Positions 1-11,081 of a DNA stretch of 64,000 bases are shown here, piece after piece. Made by a program: the position numbers and the translations under genes. Origin of the DNA: Myxococcota bacterium (GTDB lineage Bacteria; Myxococcota_A; Polyangia; Nannocystales; Nannocystaceae); assembly GCA_039028615.1 (NCBI GenBank), contig JBCCHT010000011.1:96001-160000 (forward strand), read 5' to 3'. Each line of letters starts with the position of its first letter. Positions within the stretch are counted from its first letter, which is position 1. The notes beneath the pieces were generated by a model. That model was given only the letters and a program-made list of their open reading frames with translations, had not been told where the DNA came from and did not search any database.

Positions 1-753
<753 letters not shown>

Positions 754-754
<1 letters not shown>

Positions 755-1593
755 TGCCCGAGCTGCCCGAGGTCGAGCGAGCCCGGCGACTGGTCGAGCG
801 CGTAGCGGTCGGCAAGGTGATCACCAAGGTCCGCTGTGCCGACGACGACATCGTGTTCGACGGGGTCACACCTCGACAGGTCGCCCGCCGCCTGAAGGGG
901 CGCACGGTGGTGGCCAGCCGGCGCCGCGGCAAGCAGATGTGGTGGGAGCTCGACGAGCGGCCCTGGCCCTTGTTTCACTTCGCGATGACCGGGCAGTTCG
1001 TCACGCCCGCCCGCGGCCCCTTGCGCCTGGCGGCCTCGGGCAACAAAGACCTCGACCGCAGCTGGCCGCCGAAGTTCTGGAAGATCCACCTGTGGCTGGA
1101 CGACGGCGGCGAGCTGGCGATGACCAACTCGCGGCGACTCGGCCGCATCCGGCTGCGCGAGGATCCCGAGTCCGAGCCGCCCATCTCGAAGCTGGGCTTC
1201 GACCCCTTCTACGAGATGCCCTCCGCCAAGGCGTTCGGCGAGCGACTGCGCGCCCGCAAGGCCGTACTCAAGGCCTTGCTGCTCGACCAGAAGTTCGTGG
1301 CGGGCATCGGCAACTGGATGGCGGACGAGATCCTCTACCAAGCGAAGATCGATCCCCGCCGCCGCGGGCACGAACTCGACGAGGCCGAGGCGCGTCGCAT
1401 CCACGCCAAGACCAAGGCCATCGTGGAGCTGGCCTGCCGCGTCGAGGCCGACAAGAGTAAGTTCCCGCGCAGCTGGCTGTTCCATCACCGCTGGGGGAAG
1501 ATCGCCGACGCCACCACAGCGCGGGGCGAAGCGATCGACTTTCTCGAGATCGGCGGGCGCACCACGGCGTGGGTGCCCGCCGTGCAGAAATAA
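754..1593 (+). CDS. Fpg/Nei family DNA glycosylase/AP lyase, zincless-finger type
   Basis: ATG at 754 overlaps upstream TGA; N-terminal MPELPEVE, RRGKQ, H2TH motif LLDQKFVAGIGNWMADEILYQA; C-terminus GGRTTAWVPAVQK has no Cys4 zinc finger. Confidence 0.93.
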
Positions 1594-1655
1594 CGGAGGG
1601 AATCTCGGGCCCGATGTCGAACCGGGCCTAGCTTCGCCGTCGTAGGGCCGGACCG

Positions 1656-2345
1656 ATGGCGAAGTTCCAAGGCTTTCCCCCCCAAACCCTCCGATTCCTG
1701 AAAAACCTGGGATCCCACAACGAAAAGGCGTGGTTTCAGGCCCATCGCGAAGAGTACGAAGCGTACGTCCTCGAACCCGCGAAGTCGTTCGTGGCCGCGC
1801 TGGGTGAGCGATTGACCGCCCTTCGCCCGGAGATTTCGGCCGAACCCCGGATCAACGGCTCGATCTTTCGCATCAATCGAGACGTGCGGTTCTCCAAGGA
1901 CAAGCGGCCGTACAAAGACCACATCGACCTGTGGTTTTGGGAAGGGGCCGATCGCAAGCAGGGCTCTTCGGGGTTCTTCTTTCGGCTCCTGCACGACCGC
2001 GTGATGCTCGGCGCGGGGATGCACGGGTTTCCCAAGGAGCAGCTGACGACATTTCGGGCGGCGGTCGACGACGATGAAATCGGCTCCGCGTTGGTCACGG
2101 TCGGCAAGCGGCTAGCGAAGGCCGGGTACCCACTCGAAGGTCAGTCGTACAAGAGAGTGCCGCGCGGATACGACACGGAACATCCGCGGGCCGAGCTACT
2201 GCGACACGGGGCGCTTCATGCGGGGTCGACCCTGGAACCCCTCCCCGAAGAGCTTCACTCGGCGAAGTTCGTCGGTTTGTGCATGCGGCATTTCAAGAAA
2301 CTGTTGCCACTGCATACATGGTTGGTCGATCACCTGCAGTCCTAG
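1656..2345 (+). CDS. DUF2461 / TIGR02453 family protein
   Basis: FLKNLGSHNEKAWFQAHR, FRINRDVRFSKDKRPYK, KRVPRGYD..HPRAELLR motifs. Confidence 0.88.
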   Translation: MAKFQGFPPQTLRFLKNLGSHNEKAWFQAHREEYEAYVLEPAKSFVAALGERLTALRPEISAEPRINGSIFRINRDVRFSKDKRPYKDHIDLWFWEGADRKQGSSGFFFRLLHDRVMLGAGMHGFPKEQLTTFRAAVDDDEIGSALVTVGKRLAKAGYPLEGQSYKRVPRGYDTEHPRAELLRHGALHAGSTLEPLPEELHSAKFVGLCMRHFKKLLPLHTWLVDHLQS

Positions 2346-2581
2346 ACACATACAGTCTGCGACATTGGCCGCCCACCTCCGATCCCGTCCCATCAGAGGC
2401 CTGAGCGCAGGCAAATCCCCCACAGGTACGGTGTTGGCGTGGAGTTGTCGATCGAGCGCACAGTTATTACGACCTGCACCATGGTCGATCGAGGTCTACG
2501 CTACCCAAGTACGAGGGGCCGCATGTGAAGGTGCACATCGGCCCACTTGGATGCCCTCGTACCTCCATCACCCAACACGCA

Positions 2582-4150
2582 ATGCATTGGTCGTTCGAAG
2601 AACGGGCCCGGGTCGTGCTCGGGCTCGCCCGGGGTGAAATTCGCCTGACGGAACTCACCACGCGCAAGGGGCTGTCCGCAGCCACGGTGCGGATGTGGGT
2701 CGACGAGTTCATCCACGCCGCGCCCGAGCAGTTCGACGAAGACATGCACACGACGCTCGTCGGGCAGGGGCTGGCGAGCGACTCGGTGAGCAGCCAGCAG
2801 TCGGGGCACATCGAAGACGTGGCCCCGCTCGATCTCCTGCAGAGCCTGAGCATCTACCGCAAGGCCGGGCATGTCTCGTTTTTCCATGCCCACGGCACGA
2901 GTCAGCTGTGGTTCGAGGGCGGTGAGATCGTCGATGCCTGCAGCGGCGCGCTGCATGGCGCGGCCGCGGTCTACCGCATCGTGGGTCACGAGCGCGGCCA
3001 CTTTCGCGTAGACGTCACGGGACAGCCGCGTCCGCGAACGATCGAAGAGCCGGTCAACGCGTTGATCTTCGAGGCGGCACGCCGACTCGACGAGAGCCAG
3101 CGCTTGCGCGCCAAGGCCCCCGCGTCCGACGAGGTCTTGTCGGGCGCCGCCGCGGCCCTGCTGGCCCCCGATCTCCCGCCGGACGAGCTCGAGGTCGCCA
3201 CGCTCTTCGGTCCGGGGGCGACCCTCGGCGAGGTGCAAGAGCGCTCGAGCCTCGGCGAGCTGGAGACACTGCGGAGCATCGCGTCCCTGCTGAAATCGGA
3301 TCGACTCGAGCGCACGGGGCAGACCCGCGTCGCGACCATTCCCAGCGTCAAGGAACGGGCGGCCGCCCTTCGCCGCGTCGCCCTCGAGATTTCCCAAGCG
3401 GCCGTGCCCGCGATCGTGCACGAGCCCCGCCCCCGCTCGCGACGGCCGCTGTGGCCCTTCGCTTCGCTCGGCGGGCTGCTGACGCTGGTCGTCACGATCG
3501 CCCTCATCCGCGGCGGGACCGAAGAGCCGACCCCCACCGTCGCCAAGTCCACCCGGGCCCCGTCGTCCGAAGCACCGCCGCTGGCCGTGGCCGGGGCTCC
3601 CCCCGCGGGCTCCAACGGCCTCGCCCATGTCCCCACGTTGTCGGGCTCTTCCACGGCCATGCCAGCTGCGAGTGCCGACCCCCCCGTCGCAGACGAGAAC
3701 CCCGAACCAGCGGAGACCGAACCCGAACCCGAGCCCGAGCCCGAGCTGATCATCGAAGACGATGCCCAGCCGACGCCGCACAACCGTGGCCGCAAGCGCG
3801 GTCGCAAGGCCGCACCCGAGGCCACCCCGGCTCCCGTGCCGATGCCGGTCGTCGAAGAACGACCCCCCGCCGAAGAACCTCCCCCCGAGGACGCCGCATC
3901 GCTGCTCCGCCGAGCGCGGGACGCCTACGGATCGGGACGCGCTCGCGAGGCCTACCGCCTCGCCGACCGCAGCTACCGACTCCAGTCCTCTCCCAAGGCC
4001 GCCGAGGTCGCGGTCCTGGCCGCGTGCATGATGAAGGCGCCCAACAAGGCCCGCAGCGCGCTGAACAAGGTCACCTTGCTCCGCCGCTCGACCATGCGCA
4101 CGATCTGCCGCGACCAGCACTCGGTCCGCATCAAGATCCTCCCCCAGTGA
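2582..4150 (+). CDS. Membrane protein: N-terminal HTH-like segment + DUF4388 (PATAN-like) domain + TM + Pro/Glu-rich linker + C-terminal helical domain
   Basis: DLLQSLSIYRKAG...LWFEGGEIVDA...AVYRI...GHFRV and NALIFEAARRLDE fit DUF4388; TM LGGLLTLVVTIALI; start uncertain (2525 or 2582). Confidence 0.7.
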   Translation: MHWSFEERARVVLGLARGEIRLTELTTRKGLSAATVRMWVDEFIHAAPEQFDEDMHTTLVGQGLASDSVSSQQSGHIEDVAPLDLLQSLSIYRKAGHVSFFHAHGTSQLWFEGGEIVDACSGALHGAAAVYRIVGHERGHFRVDVTGQPRPRTIEEPVNALIFEAARRLDESQRLRAKAPASDEVLSGAAAALLAPDLPPDELEVATLFGPGATLGEVQERSSLGELETLRSIASLLKSDRLERTGQTRVATIPSVKERAAALRRVALEISQAAVPAIVHEPRPRSRRPLWPFASLGGLLTLVVTIALIRGGTEEPTPTVAKSTRAPSSEAPPLAVAGAPPAGSNGLAHVPTLSGSSTAMPAASADPPVADENPEPAETEPEPEPEPELIIEDDAQPTPHNRGRKRGRKAAPEATPAPVPMPVVEERPPAEEPPPEDAASLLRRARDAYGSGRAREAYRLADRSYRLQSSPKAAEVAVLAACMMKAPNKARSALNKVTLLRRSTMRTICRDQHSVRIKILPQ

Positions 4151-4203
4151 CGCTCAGCCCTCCACCATCCCGAAACCAGTCCTCGATTGGTACCCTCGCG
4201 GCC

Positions 4204-4626
4204 ATGGCCCGAGCCCACTTTGCCGCGCTGCTCGCCGTCTCACTGGCGCTCGCGTGTTCAGCCCGACCGGTCGACTCCGACGACGAGGACGAGTCCGACT
4301 CGACGGACATCGACGAAGCGGGGGTCCAGCCCAGCGAGCAGGGAACGATGTACTCGGCGTGCGGCACCTCAGCCGAGTGCGCGCCGCTGGAGTTCTGTGT
4401 TTTTCCGCAAGGCGAGACGGGCTTCTGTACGGCGGCCTGCGCCTCCCCCACGAACTCGAGCAACTGCGCTGGCGCCCCCGGCAACCAGGAACTCAGTTGC
4501 TTCGACATCGGCCTCGCCGACGACCGCCAGGTGTGCGCGCTCGATTGCGCGGCTACGCCCTGCCCCCGCGGGATGCGCTGCGAAGCGGTGAACTCGGGCG
4601 GGACCGCCCGCTCGATCTGTTTCTGA
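4204..4626 (+). CDS. Cys-rich lipoprotein
   Basis: Signal peptide with lipobox ALAC, acidic linker, many Cys; TACCCT -10 element 7 nt upstream of ATG. Confidence 0.75.
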   Translation: MARAHFAALLAVSLALACSARPVDSDDEDESDSTDIDEAGVQPSEQGTMYSACGTSAECAPLEFCVFPQGETGFCTAACASPTNSSNCAGAPGNQELSCFDIGLADDRQVCALDCAATPCPRGMRCEAVNSGGTARSICF

Positions 4627-4672
4627 CGGGCCCTGGCCAAGCCACGGTGGTCTGCGCTACCCAAGACGTCCG

Positions 4673-7645
4673 GTGGCCGCGGACTCGACCTACGACCCCG
4701 ATCCTTCGCTCGATACCCGAACGATCGCCGACCATCGCCGCGATCGGACGCTGGACGCGAAGCCCAGCCGCGAGCCGATCGAGCGCGGCACCTCGATGGG
4801 TCGTTACCTCGTGCTGGACGAGATCGGCGAGGGCGGCATGGGCGTGGTGGTGCGCGCCTACGACCCCAAGCTGCATCGCGAGGTCGCGCTCAAGCGGCTG
4901 CACCGCGGAACCCTCGACGCGGAGAGCCAGGCGCGGCTGTTCCGCGAGGCCCAGGCGATGGCCCAGCTCAGCCATCCCAACGTGATCACGATCCACGACG
5001 TGGAGCGCACGGAGCGGGGCGTGATCATGGCGATGGAGTTCGTCGAAGGCCAGACGCTGAGCAAGTGGATCGCCGAGGGCCCCCACCCGTGGGCGGAGGT
5101 GGTCGAGCGCTTCAAGCAAGCCGGCCGAGGTCTGCTCGCGGCCCACCAGGCCGGCCTCGTGCACCGCGACTTCAAGCCGAGCAATGTCATCACCGGGCAC
5201 GACGGCCGGGTGCAGGTGATGGACTTTGGACTCGCCCGGGCCGAGCCCACGCAGTACAGCTCCGACTCGCGCATCTCGACCGACGAGCCCGAGACGCCGG
5301 ACCCCATGTTCGAGCCGGACCCGTCGATGATGGTGCTGTCGGCCGATGCCAGCGGCTCGCTCGACGTCCCGCTGACCGAGGCGGGACTGGTGATGGGTAC
5401 GCCGGCCTATATGGCGCCGGAGCAGCACCGCGGCGACGTGGCGGATGCTCGCTGCGATCAGTACGCGTTTTGTGTGTCGCTGTGGGAAGGGCTGTGGGGC
5501 ACCCGCCCCTTCGAGGGCAACCATCGCGCCATCGCGCTGGCCAAGCACGGAGGTCCGCCGCCGCTGCCTCGCGAGCCCAAGGTACCGCGCGCGCTCCAGG
5601 ACATCGTGCGGCGCGGGTTGTCGCCCAAGGCGGGCGAGCGCTTCCCGTCGATGGCCGAGCTCATCGACGCGCTCGAGCGAGACCCCACCACCCAGAGTCG
5701 GCGATGGCGAACGGCCGCGGGAGCGGTGGTCGTGGCGGCGGGCGTGACCGGAGTGGTGCTCGCCGGGCGAAGCTCCGCCCCCGCGCCGTGCGAGGACGCG
5801 AGCGCTCAGCTCGAGGGTATCTGGGACGACACACGCCGAGCCGAGGTGCGCGGAGCCCTGCGCGACACGTCGCTGAGCTACGCGGAGAACACCTGGAAGC
5901 GGGTGTCGACGTTCCTCGACGACTACGCGCAGACCTGGGCGCAGATGCACACCGAGGCATGCGAGGCGACAGCCGTCCGCCGGGTCCAGTCCGAAGCCCT
6001 GCTCGACGTGCGCATGCAGTGCCTGCGTCGTCGCAAGCTCCACCTCGAGGCCGTCGTCGAGGTGCTGGCCACGGCCGACGAGGCGGTCGCCAAGACAGCC
6101 ATCCGCCAAGTCATGAACCTGCCGCCCATCGAGCGCTGCGCGGACGTCGACGCGCTGATGGCCGCGGTCGCCCCACCCGAGCAGCCGGCCATCGCGGCCG
6201 AGGTCGAGGAGATCCGCGACGCGCTCGCTCGGGTGATCGAGCTCGGCCACGCCCGCCGCTACGACGAAGCCCAGGTCGTGATCGATGGCCTCCTCGAGCG
6301 TGCCCGCGCCACGGACTACACCCCCATCGTGGCCGAGGTGCTGCGCATCACCGCCGATCTCTCGGACCTGCAGGGAAACTTCGCGCGCGCCGAGAGGGAG
6401 GGCACCGAGGCGTTCGAGCTCGCGCTGCAGTCGGGGCACGACACCGCCGCGGCCGACATCGCCAGCGCGATGCTGTTCCTGACCGCCAACCGGCAGGTCA
6501 ACCTCGACAAGGCTCGGGTCTGGAGCACGGCGGCGGTGGGCCTGGCCCAAGCGGTACGCCCGGGAGGGCGACGACACGCCCGCTCCATCAACGGCCTCGG
6601 CGTGCTGGCCTACCACCTGGGGGACTTCGCGGTGGCCAAGATCCACTTCGAGCGGGCCATCGAGATGCTCATCCAGGTGGAGGGCGAAAAATCCGACACC
6701 GTCGCCAACACCTACAACCACCTGGGCGCCATCCTCGACGAGCAGGGTCGCTACAAGGAAGCACAGCGGCACTTCGAGCGCGCCTTGAAGATCCACCTGG
6801 AGCTATACGGCGAAAACCATCCCTGGCCCACCCGCTCGATGGACAACCTCGCGCTGTCTCTCCAGGCGCAGGGGCTCAACGAACGCTCACGGGACATGCA
6901 CGTCCGGGTGCTCGAGATTCGCCGCCAGGCCCAGGGCGAGCGGCACCCCAACGTGGGGCTGGCCCACAACAACCTCGGCTGGGACTACATGGGTCTCGAC
7001 GAGTACGACAAAGCGGCCGATCACTTCGAGCACGCGTTGGCGATCTTCGTGGAGGCGCTGGGGGACGAGCACCCGCGGGTCGGCATGGCGGCAGAGAGCC
7101 TCGCCGAGGCCGAGCAAGCCCGCGAGCGCTACGCCGCGTCGGAAGTCTTGCACCGACGCGCGCTGAGGATCCGTCGCAAGGCCCTGGGCGACGAGCACCC
7201 GAACGTCGCGCTGTCGTATAGCGGCCTGGGCAAGGTGGCGACGAGCCAGGGCCGCTACGAGGACGCGATCGAGCAGCACGGCAAGGCGCTGGCCATCACC
7301 GAGAAGAAACCCGAAGGCATGGAGCGACGGCTGGCCGAGATGCTCCTGGCGATGGGACAGGCACAGCTCGGGGCGGGGCACTTTGCCGACGCTCGGAAGT
7401 CGCTCGAGCGCTCCCGCACCGTCATGAGCGAGAGCTCCGATCCACAGGTGCTGGGGGCGCTTTATTTCGCCCTCGCGGAGGCCAACGAGGGGGACGGTGG
7501 CGATCCCCAGCTGGCCCGCGACCACGCCGAGAAGGCCCGGAGCCTGCTCGCGGACCAGACGACCCGCCGCGCGACCGAGCTGCGGGGCAAAGTCGACGCC
7601 TGGCTGGCCAAACCGGCCCCTCAACCCTCGCCCGCCCCCGATTGA
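4673..7645 (+). CDS. Ser/Thr protein kinase with TM segment and C-terminal TPR repeats
   Basis: GEGGMGVV, VALK, HRDFKPSN, DFGLAR, GTPAYMAPE; kinesin-light-chain-like TPRs (HPNVGLAHNNLG). Confidence 0.95.
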   Translation: MAADSTYDPDPSLDTRTIADHRRDRTLDAKPSREPIERGTSMGRYLVLDEIGEGGMGVVVRAYDPKLHREVALKRLHRGTLDAESQARLFREAQAMAQLSHPNVITIHDVERTERGVIMAMEFVEGQTLSKWIAEGPHPWAEVVERFKQAGRGLLAAHQAGLVHRDFKPSNVITGHDGRVQVMDFGLARAEPTQYSSDSRISTDEPETPDPMFEPDPSMMVLSADASGSLDVPLTEAGLVMGTPAYMAPEQHRGDVADARCDQYAFCVSLWEGLWGTRPFEGNHRAIALAKHGGPPPLPREPKVPRALQDIVRRGLSPKAGERFPSMAELIDALERDPTTQSRRWRTAAGAVVVAAGVTGVVLAGRSSAPAPCEDASAQLEGIWDDTRRAEVRGALRDTSLSYAENTWKRVSTFLDDYAQTWAQMHTEACEATAVRRVQSEALLDVRMQCLRRRKLHLEAVVEVLATADEAVAKTAIRQVMNLPPIERCADVDALMAAVAPPEQPAIAAEVEEIRDALARVIELGHARRYDEAQVVIDGLLERARATDYTPIVAEVLRITADLSDLQGNFARAEREGTEAFELALQSGHDTAAADIASAMLFLTANRQVNLDKARVWSTAAVGLAQAVRPGGRRHARSINGLGVLAYHLGDFAVAKIHFERAIEMLIQVEGEKSDTVANTYNHLGAILDEQGRYKEAQRHFERALKIHLELYGENHPWPTRSMDNLALSLQAQGLNERSRDMHVRVLEIRRQAQGERHPNVGLAHNNLGWDYMGLDEYDKAADHFEHALAIFVEALGDEHPRVGMAAESLAEAEQARERYAASEVLHRRALRIRRKALGDEHPNVALSYSGLGKVATSQGRYEDAIEQHGKALAITEKKPEGMERRLAEMLLAMGQAQLGAGHFADARKSLERSRTVMSESSDPQVLGALYFALAEANEGDGGDPQLARDHAEKARSLLADQTTRRATELRGKVDAWLAKPAPQPSPAPD

Positions 7646-7687
7646 TCCCTTGCGCCGTCGCGCGCCGCTTCGTATGCCGAAGGGCAC

Positions 7688-8839
7688 ATGGTCGAGCTCG
7701 CCGCCGCGTCCCAGGACCTTCGCACTGTCATCGAGCGGGCCAGTCGTGGCTTGGTCCAACGCGACGTCGCCGTGCAGCTGGTGGTGCTGGCCGCGGTCGC
7801 GCGCGAGCACCTGCTGCTGATCGGCCCTCCGGGCACGGCGAAATCCGAAGCGGTGCGGCGCGTCGCCGCGGGCATCGGCGGGCGCTACTTCGAGTACCTG
7901 GTCGGTCGATTCACCGAGCCCGCGGAGATCTTCGGTCCCGTCGATCTGCAGCGCCTGCGTCAGGGCGTGGTGGAGACCCAGACCGCGGGCATGCTGCCCG
8001 AAGCCGACGTCGCCTTCCTCGACGAGGTGTTCCTCGGCTCGACCGCCATTCTCAACACTCTGCTCGGGGTCCTCAACGAGCGGGTCTTTCGGCGGGGCCA
8101 GACCCAGCTCGATTGCCCGCTGCGGGTCTGCGTGGGCGCCTCCAACACGCTGCCCAACGACCCTGCTCTGGCCGCGTTTTCCGACCGCTTCCTGCTGCAC
8201 CTGTTCCTCGAGCCCATCGCCGATCCCCACCTCGAGACGCTGCTCGAAGCCGGGTGGTCGCTCTCCGACGCGCCCGCGTCGGCCACCGACGCCGAGGGCA
8301 GCCTCCAGTCGCTCGACACGTTGATCCAGGCCTCGCGGGCCATCGACATTCACGCGGTGCGGGGCTCGCTGGCGGAGGCGATCCGCGTGCTGCGAGGCGA
8401 AGGCATCGAGATGTCCGACCGGCGGGTGGTGAAGCTCCAGCGCTTGATCGCCGCCGCGGCGGTGCTCGACGGGCGCACGGTCGCACACGAAGGGGACCTG
8501 TGGCCCGTCATCTTCGCAATCCCGCGCCCGGGCGACCAGGACCGAGCCCGCGACCTGCTGCGTGCGCTGCTCGATCGCTCCACCAACGAGACCCTGCCCG
8601 GCGCGGCCGAGAACGCCTCCCTGGGCCCGTTGGTCCGAGCCCAGCGCCTCGTGAGCGCGGGCCAAGCCCTGCTCGAGACGGACCCCGGAGACGACGCGAC
8701 CGCGCGCCGCCGCCTGCGACTCGAGCTCGAGGGGGTCGGCCGAGAGATCGACGCCGGGTTTGCGCCCGACGCTCTACCCGAAGGGCTCGGGCCGCTGCGG
8801 CAGCGCATCGTGACCAAGACGGCGGAGCTGAGCGATTGA
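7688..8839 (+). CDS. MoxR/RavA-like AAA+ ATPase
   Basis: Walker A GPPGTAKS, RFTEPAEIFGP, Walker B AFLDEVF, ASN sensor, DRF Arg finger, SDRR. Confidence 0.93.
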   Translation: MVELAAASQDLRTVIERASRGLVQRDVAVQLVVLAAVAREHLLLIGPPGTAKSEAVRRVAAGIGGRYFEYLVGRFTEPAEIFGPVDLQRLRQGVVETQTAGMLPEADVAFLDEVFLGSTAILNTLLGVLNERVFRRGQTQLDCPLRVCVGASNTLPNDPALAAFSDRFLLHLFLEPIADPHLETLLEAGWSLSDAPASATDAEGSLQSLDTLIQASRAIDIHAVRGSLAEAIRVLRGEGIEMSDRRVVKLQRLIAAAAVLDGRTVAHEGDLWPVIFAIPRPGDQDRARDLLRALLDRSTNETLPGAAENASLGPLVRAQRLVSAGQALLETDPGDDATARRRLRLELEGVGREIDAGFAPDALPEGLGPLRQRIVTKTAELSD

Positions 8840-9261
8840 GCCAAGTCCCCCTGCGCTGGTCGACGCGGACGACGGGTGAGCCCATTGCCCCCGAGGGGAT
8901 GCTGGCTCCCGCCACCGTCGTACGACCGCTGCTCGATCGGCTCTTGCGCGAAGACGACGAAGCGCTGGCCCGGCTGCGCATGGTCGCGTCGCCGCGGGTC
9001 GCCGTCGTGCTCGGCGACGCGAAAGACCTGCCGTGGATCGACGGCGTGATCTATCTGCGCCGCGCCAGCCAGGTGTTCGTCCCCTCGTGGCTGGAGCTCG
9101 AGCTCGACGTCGACGTCGCGATCGAGGCCTTGCGCCGCCGAGCGCCGGACCTCGCCCTGCCCGCGACGTGGATCCCCGAGCCCGGCTGGCTCGTCTCGGT
9201 GGCCGACGCCCGTCCGCCGCAGCGGGAGGTCCTGCGCGAGCATCGGGAGGCGTGGTCATGA
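8836..9261 (+). CDS. bpX5-like protein of MoxR-vWA-beta-propeller ternary system
   Basis: TTG start overlaps MoxR stop, stop overlaps next ATG; LPWIDGVIYL..VFVPS motif resembles bpX5 as recalled. Confidence 0.65.
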   Translation: MSQVPLRWSTRTTGEPIAPEGMLAPATVVRPLLDRLLREDDEALARLRMVASPRVAVVLGDAKDLPWIDGVIYLRRASQVFVPSWLELELDVDVAIEALRRRAPDLALPATWIPEPGWLVSVADARPPQREVLREHREAWS

Positions 9262-11081
9262 CCGCGCTGCCCGAGGCCCTGCGTCCGTGGGGCCAGCCCT
9301 TGTCGATGTTCGTACGGCTGGTCCACGAACACATCGGCCCCTGGCTGTCGGCGCTGCGCGACAGTGTGGGACCGATGTGGCTGCCGCGACGCGCCCGCAG
9401 CGGCGATCCCGATGGCGTCGATGGACTCGCGCCCCGGGGCACCTACGATCGTTTACTGCTCTCCGAGTGGGCGATCGCCATGGAGTTTCCCCAGGAGTTC
9501 CTGCGGCGTGCGGTGATGGGTGAGCACATGTTCGTCGCCCCCGCGTTCCAGCAGCCCCACGGGGCCCACACGTCGATCGCCCTTTTGGACTGCGGCCCTT
9601 CGCAGCTCGGTGCGCCTCGCCTGGCTCAGCTCGCGACGCTCATCGTGCTGAGCCAGCGCGCGAAAGAGGCGGGCGCGAAGTTCCGCTTCGGCGTGCTGCA
9701 AGACGAAGAGCACCAGCTCCACGAGCTCGACCGCAACGCCATCTCCGCGTGGCTCCGCGCCCGAACCTGGGCCCCGCCCCCGCGCGACACCACCGTGTGG
9801 AAGGACGCCCTGCAGAGACTCGATGCCAAGGACGCCTGGGTGGTGGGTGCGCCGTCGACCTTGCCCACCGCACGCGCCCTGGGTGCCGGCCTGCTGTCGA
9901 TCGAAGAGCCGGTCTTCGACGCCGAGCGAGTGCTGCACGTGTCGACGCACCCGGTGACCGCCGTGGGGGCCCAGCTCGATCTGCCCTTGCCGCCCGACGA
10001 CGTCTCCGTGCGGATCTTCCGAGCCCCGCTGGCCAGCGCCCCGCGCCGCGCTCGTCGCCCGCACACGCCGGTCGTACCGGGCCAGGTGGGGCAGCTCAGC
10101 TGCGATGGCCGTCGCCTGCTACTCCCGGTCGAAGGCGGCGAGATTCACTCGTTCCACGTTCCGGGCCGGCTCAGCGACAGCGTCGGGCGCACCAAGAAAG
10201 TCGAGTCGCTGTACCAGAGCCGACTCATTGGCGCCGACCTGTGGCAGCGGCGACTGGTGGCGATCTCGCTGGGCGACGACGGGCACGTGCGGCTTCGGGG
10301 CGCGGGCCTGCTGCCCCAACCCCGGTACGACGACTCGAAGACGATCAGCACCGAGGTGTCCACCGGACTGTCCTGGCCGGAGAGCCTGCACATCAACGAG
10401 GGCGGGGTCCTCGAGTTCTATGTCGTTCGGGCCGAGTCCCGGCGGTTCGAGGCCTACCTCTACGATCACCACCAGCAGCTGTGGAACCTCGAGGTCGGCG
10501 CGTCGCCGGGCTCGGATTCACTCGACGAGTGTCACCTCGACGTGCTCGACCGTGGTTGCCGAGGCCTACGACGACTACGGCGAGAGCTCTTCGTGTGGTC
10601 CTCGTTGAGCGCGGGCCGAGTGTGCACGACCTTCTCCAAGCTGAGGCCGCCGCAGGGACTCGATGCCGAGGCGCTCGAGACCTGCGTGTTCGGGGCCTCC
10701 ACCGCCGTCTCCAAGGATGCCTCCCCCGCGGCGTATCCCGATGCCACGGGCTCCAAGTATCGGCTGTGGGGGACGGGCGAGACCACCGAGCTGAGCGTCC
10801 CGCCCGGCTCCGTCATCGGCCTCGATCGAGAGGCGGGCTGGCACGAAGCCAAGCCGATGCTGCTCGTGCTCGACCCCGATCGCCGGACCCTGCGGGCCAC
10901 CAACGCCAAGGGCACGACGGCCATCTACTCGTCCCCCGTCGACATCACCCAGGCCAAGCACGACCCCGCCTGTCGCCGCGTCGTGCTCTTGGGTGAAAAC
11001 GGGGACATCACCGTGTTCGACGTGGGGCTGCGGCAGGTGGTGCTGCAGCTGCCTCGCGCCAGCCGGGAGAAGGCCTCGTGA
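9258..11081 (+). CDS. vWA-like (ViaA-related) protein with C-terminal beta-propeller-like region
   Basis: GDPDGVDGL..RGTYDRLLLSEW..EFLRRA; degenerate MIDAS LLDCGPSQLG; beta-rich C-half; ATGA and GTGA coupling on both sides. Confidence 0.7.
   Translation: MTALPEALRPWGQPLSMFVRLVHEHIGPWLSALRDSVGPMWLPRRARSGDPDGVDGLAPRGTYDRLLLSEWAIAMEFPQEFLRRAVMGEHMFVAPAFQQPHGAHTSIALLDCGPSQLGAPRLAQLATLIVLSQRAKEAGAKFRFGVLQDEEHQLHELDRNAISAWLRARTWAPPPRDTTVWKDALQRLDAKDAWVVGAPSTLPTARALGAGLLSIEEPVFDAERVLHVSTHPVTAVGAQLDLPLPPDDVSVRIFRAPLASAPRRARRPHTPVVPGQVGQLSCDGRRLLLPVEGGEIHSFHVPGRLSDSVGRTKKVESLYQSRLIGADLWQRRLVAISLGDDGHVRLRGAGLLPQPRYDDSKTISTEVSTGLSWPESLHINEGGVLEFYVVRAESRRFEAYLYDHHQQLWNLEVGASPGSDSLDECHLDVLDRGCRGLRRLRRELFVWSSLSAGRVCTTFSKLRPPQGLDAEALETCVFGASTAVSKDASPAAYPDATGSKYRLWGTGETTELSVPPGSVIGLDREAGWHEAKPMLLVLDPDRRTLRATNAKGTTAIYSSPVDITQAKHDPACRRVVLLGENGDITVFDVGLRQVVLQLPRASREKAS

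Noticed and set aside
2582..2720. IS3-family transposase remnant
   Set aside because: Only an HTH-like segment fused in frame to DUF4388; no DDE domain or terminal repeats seen
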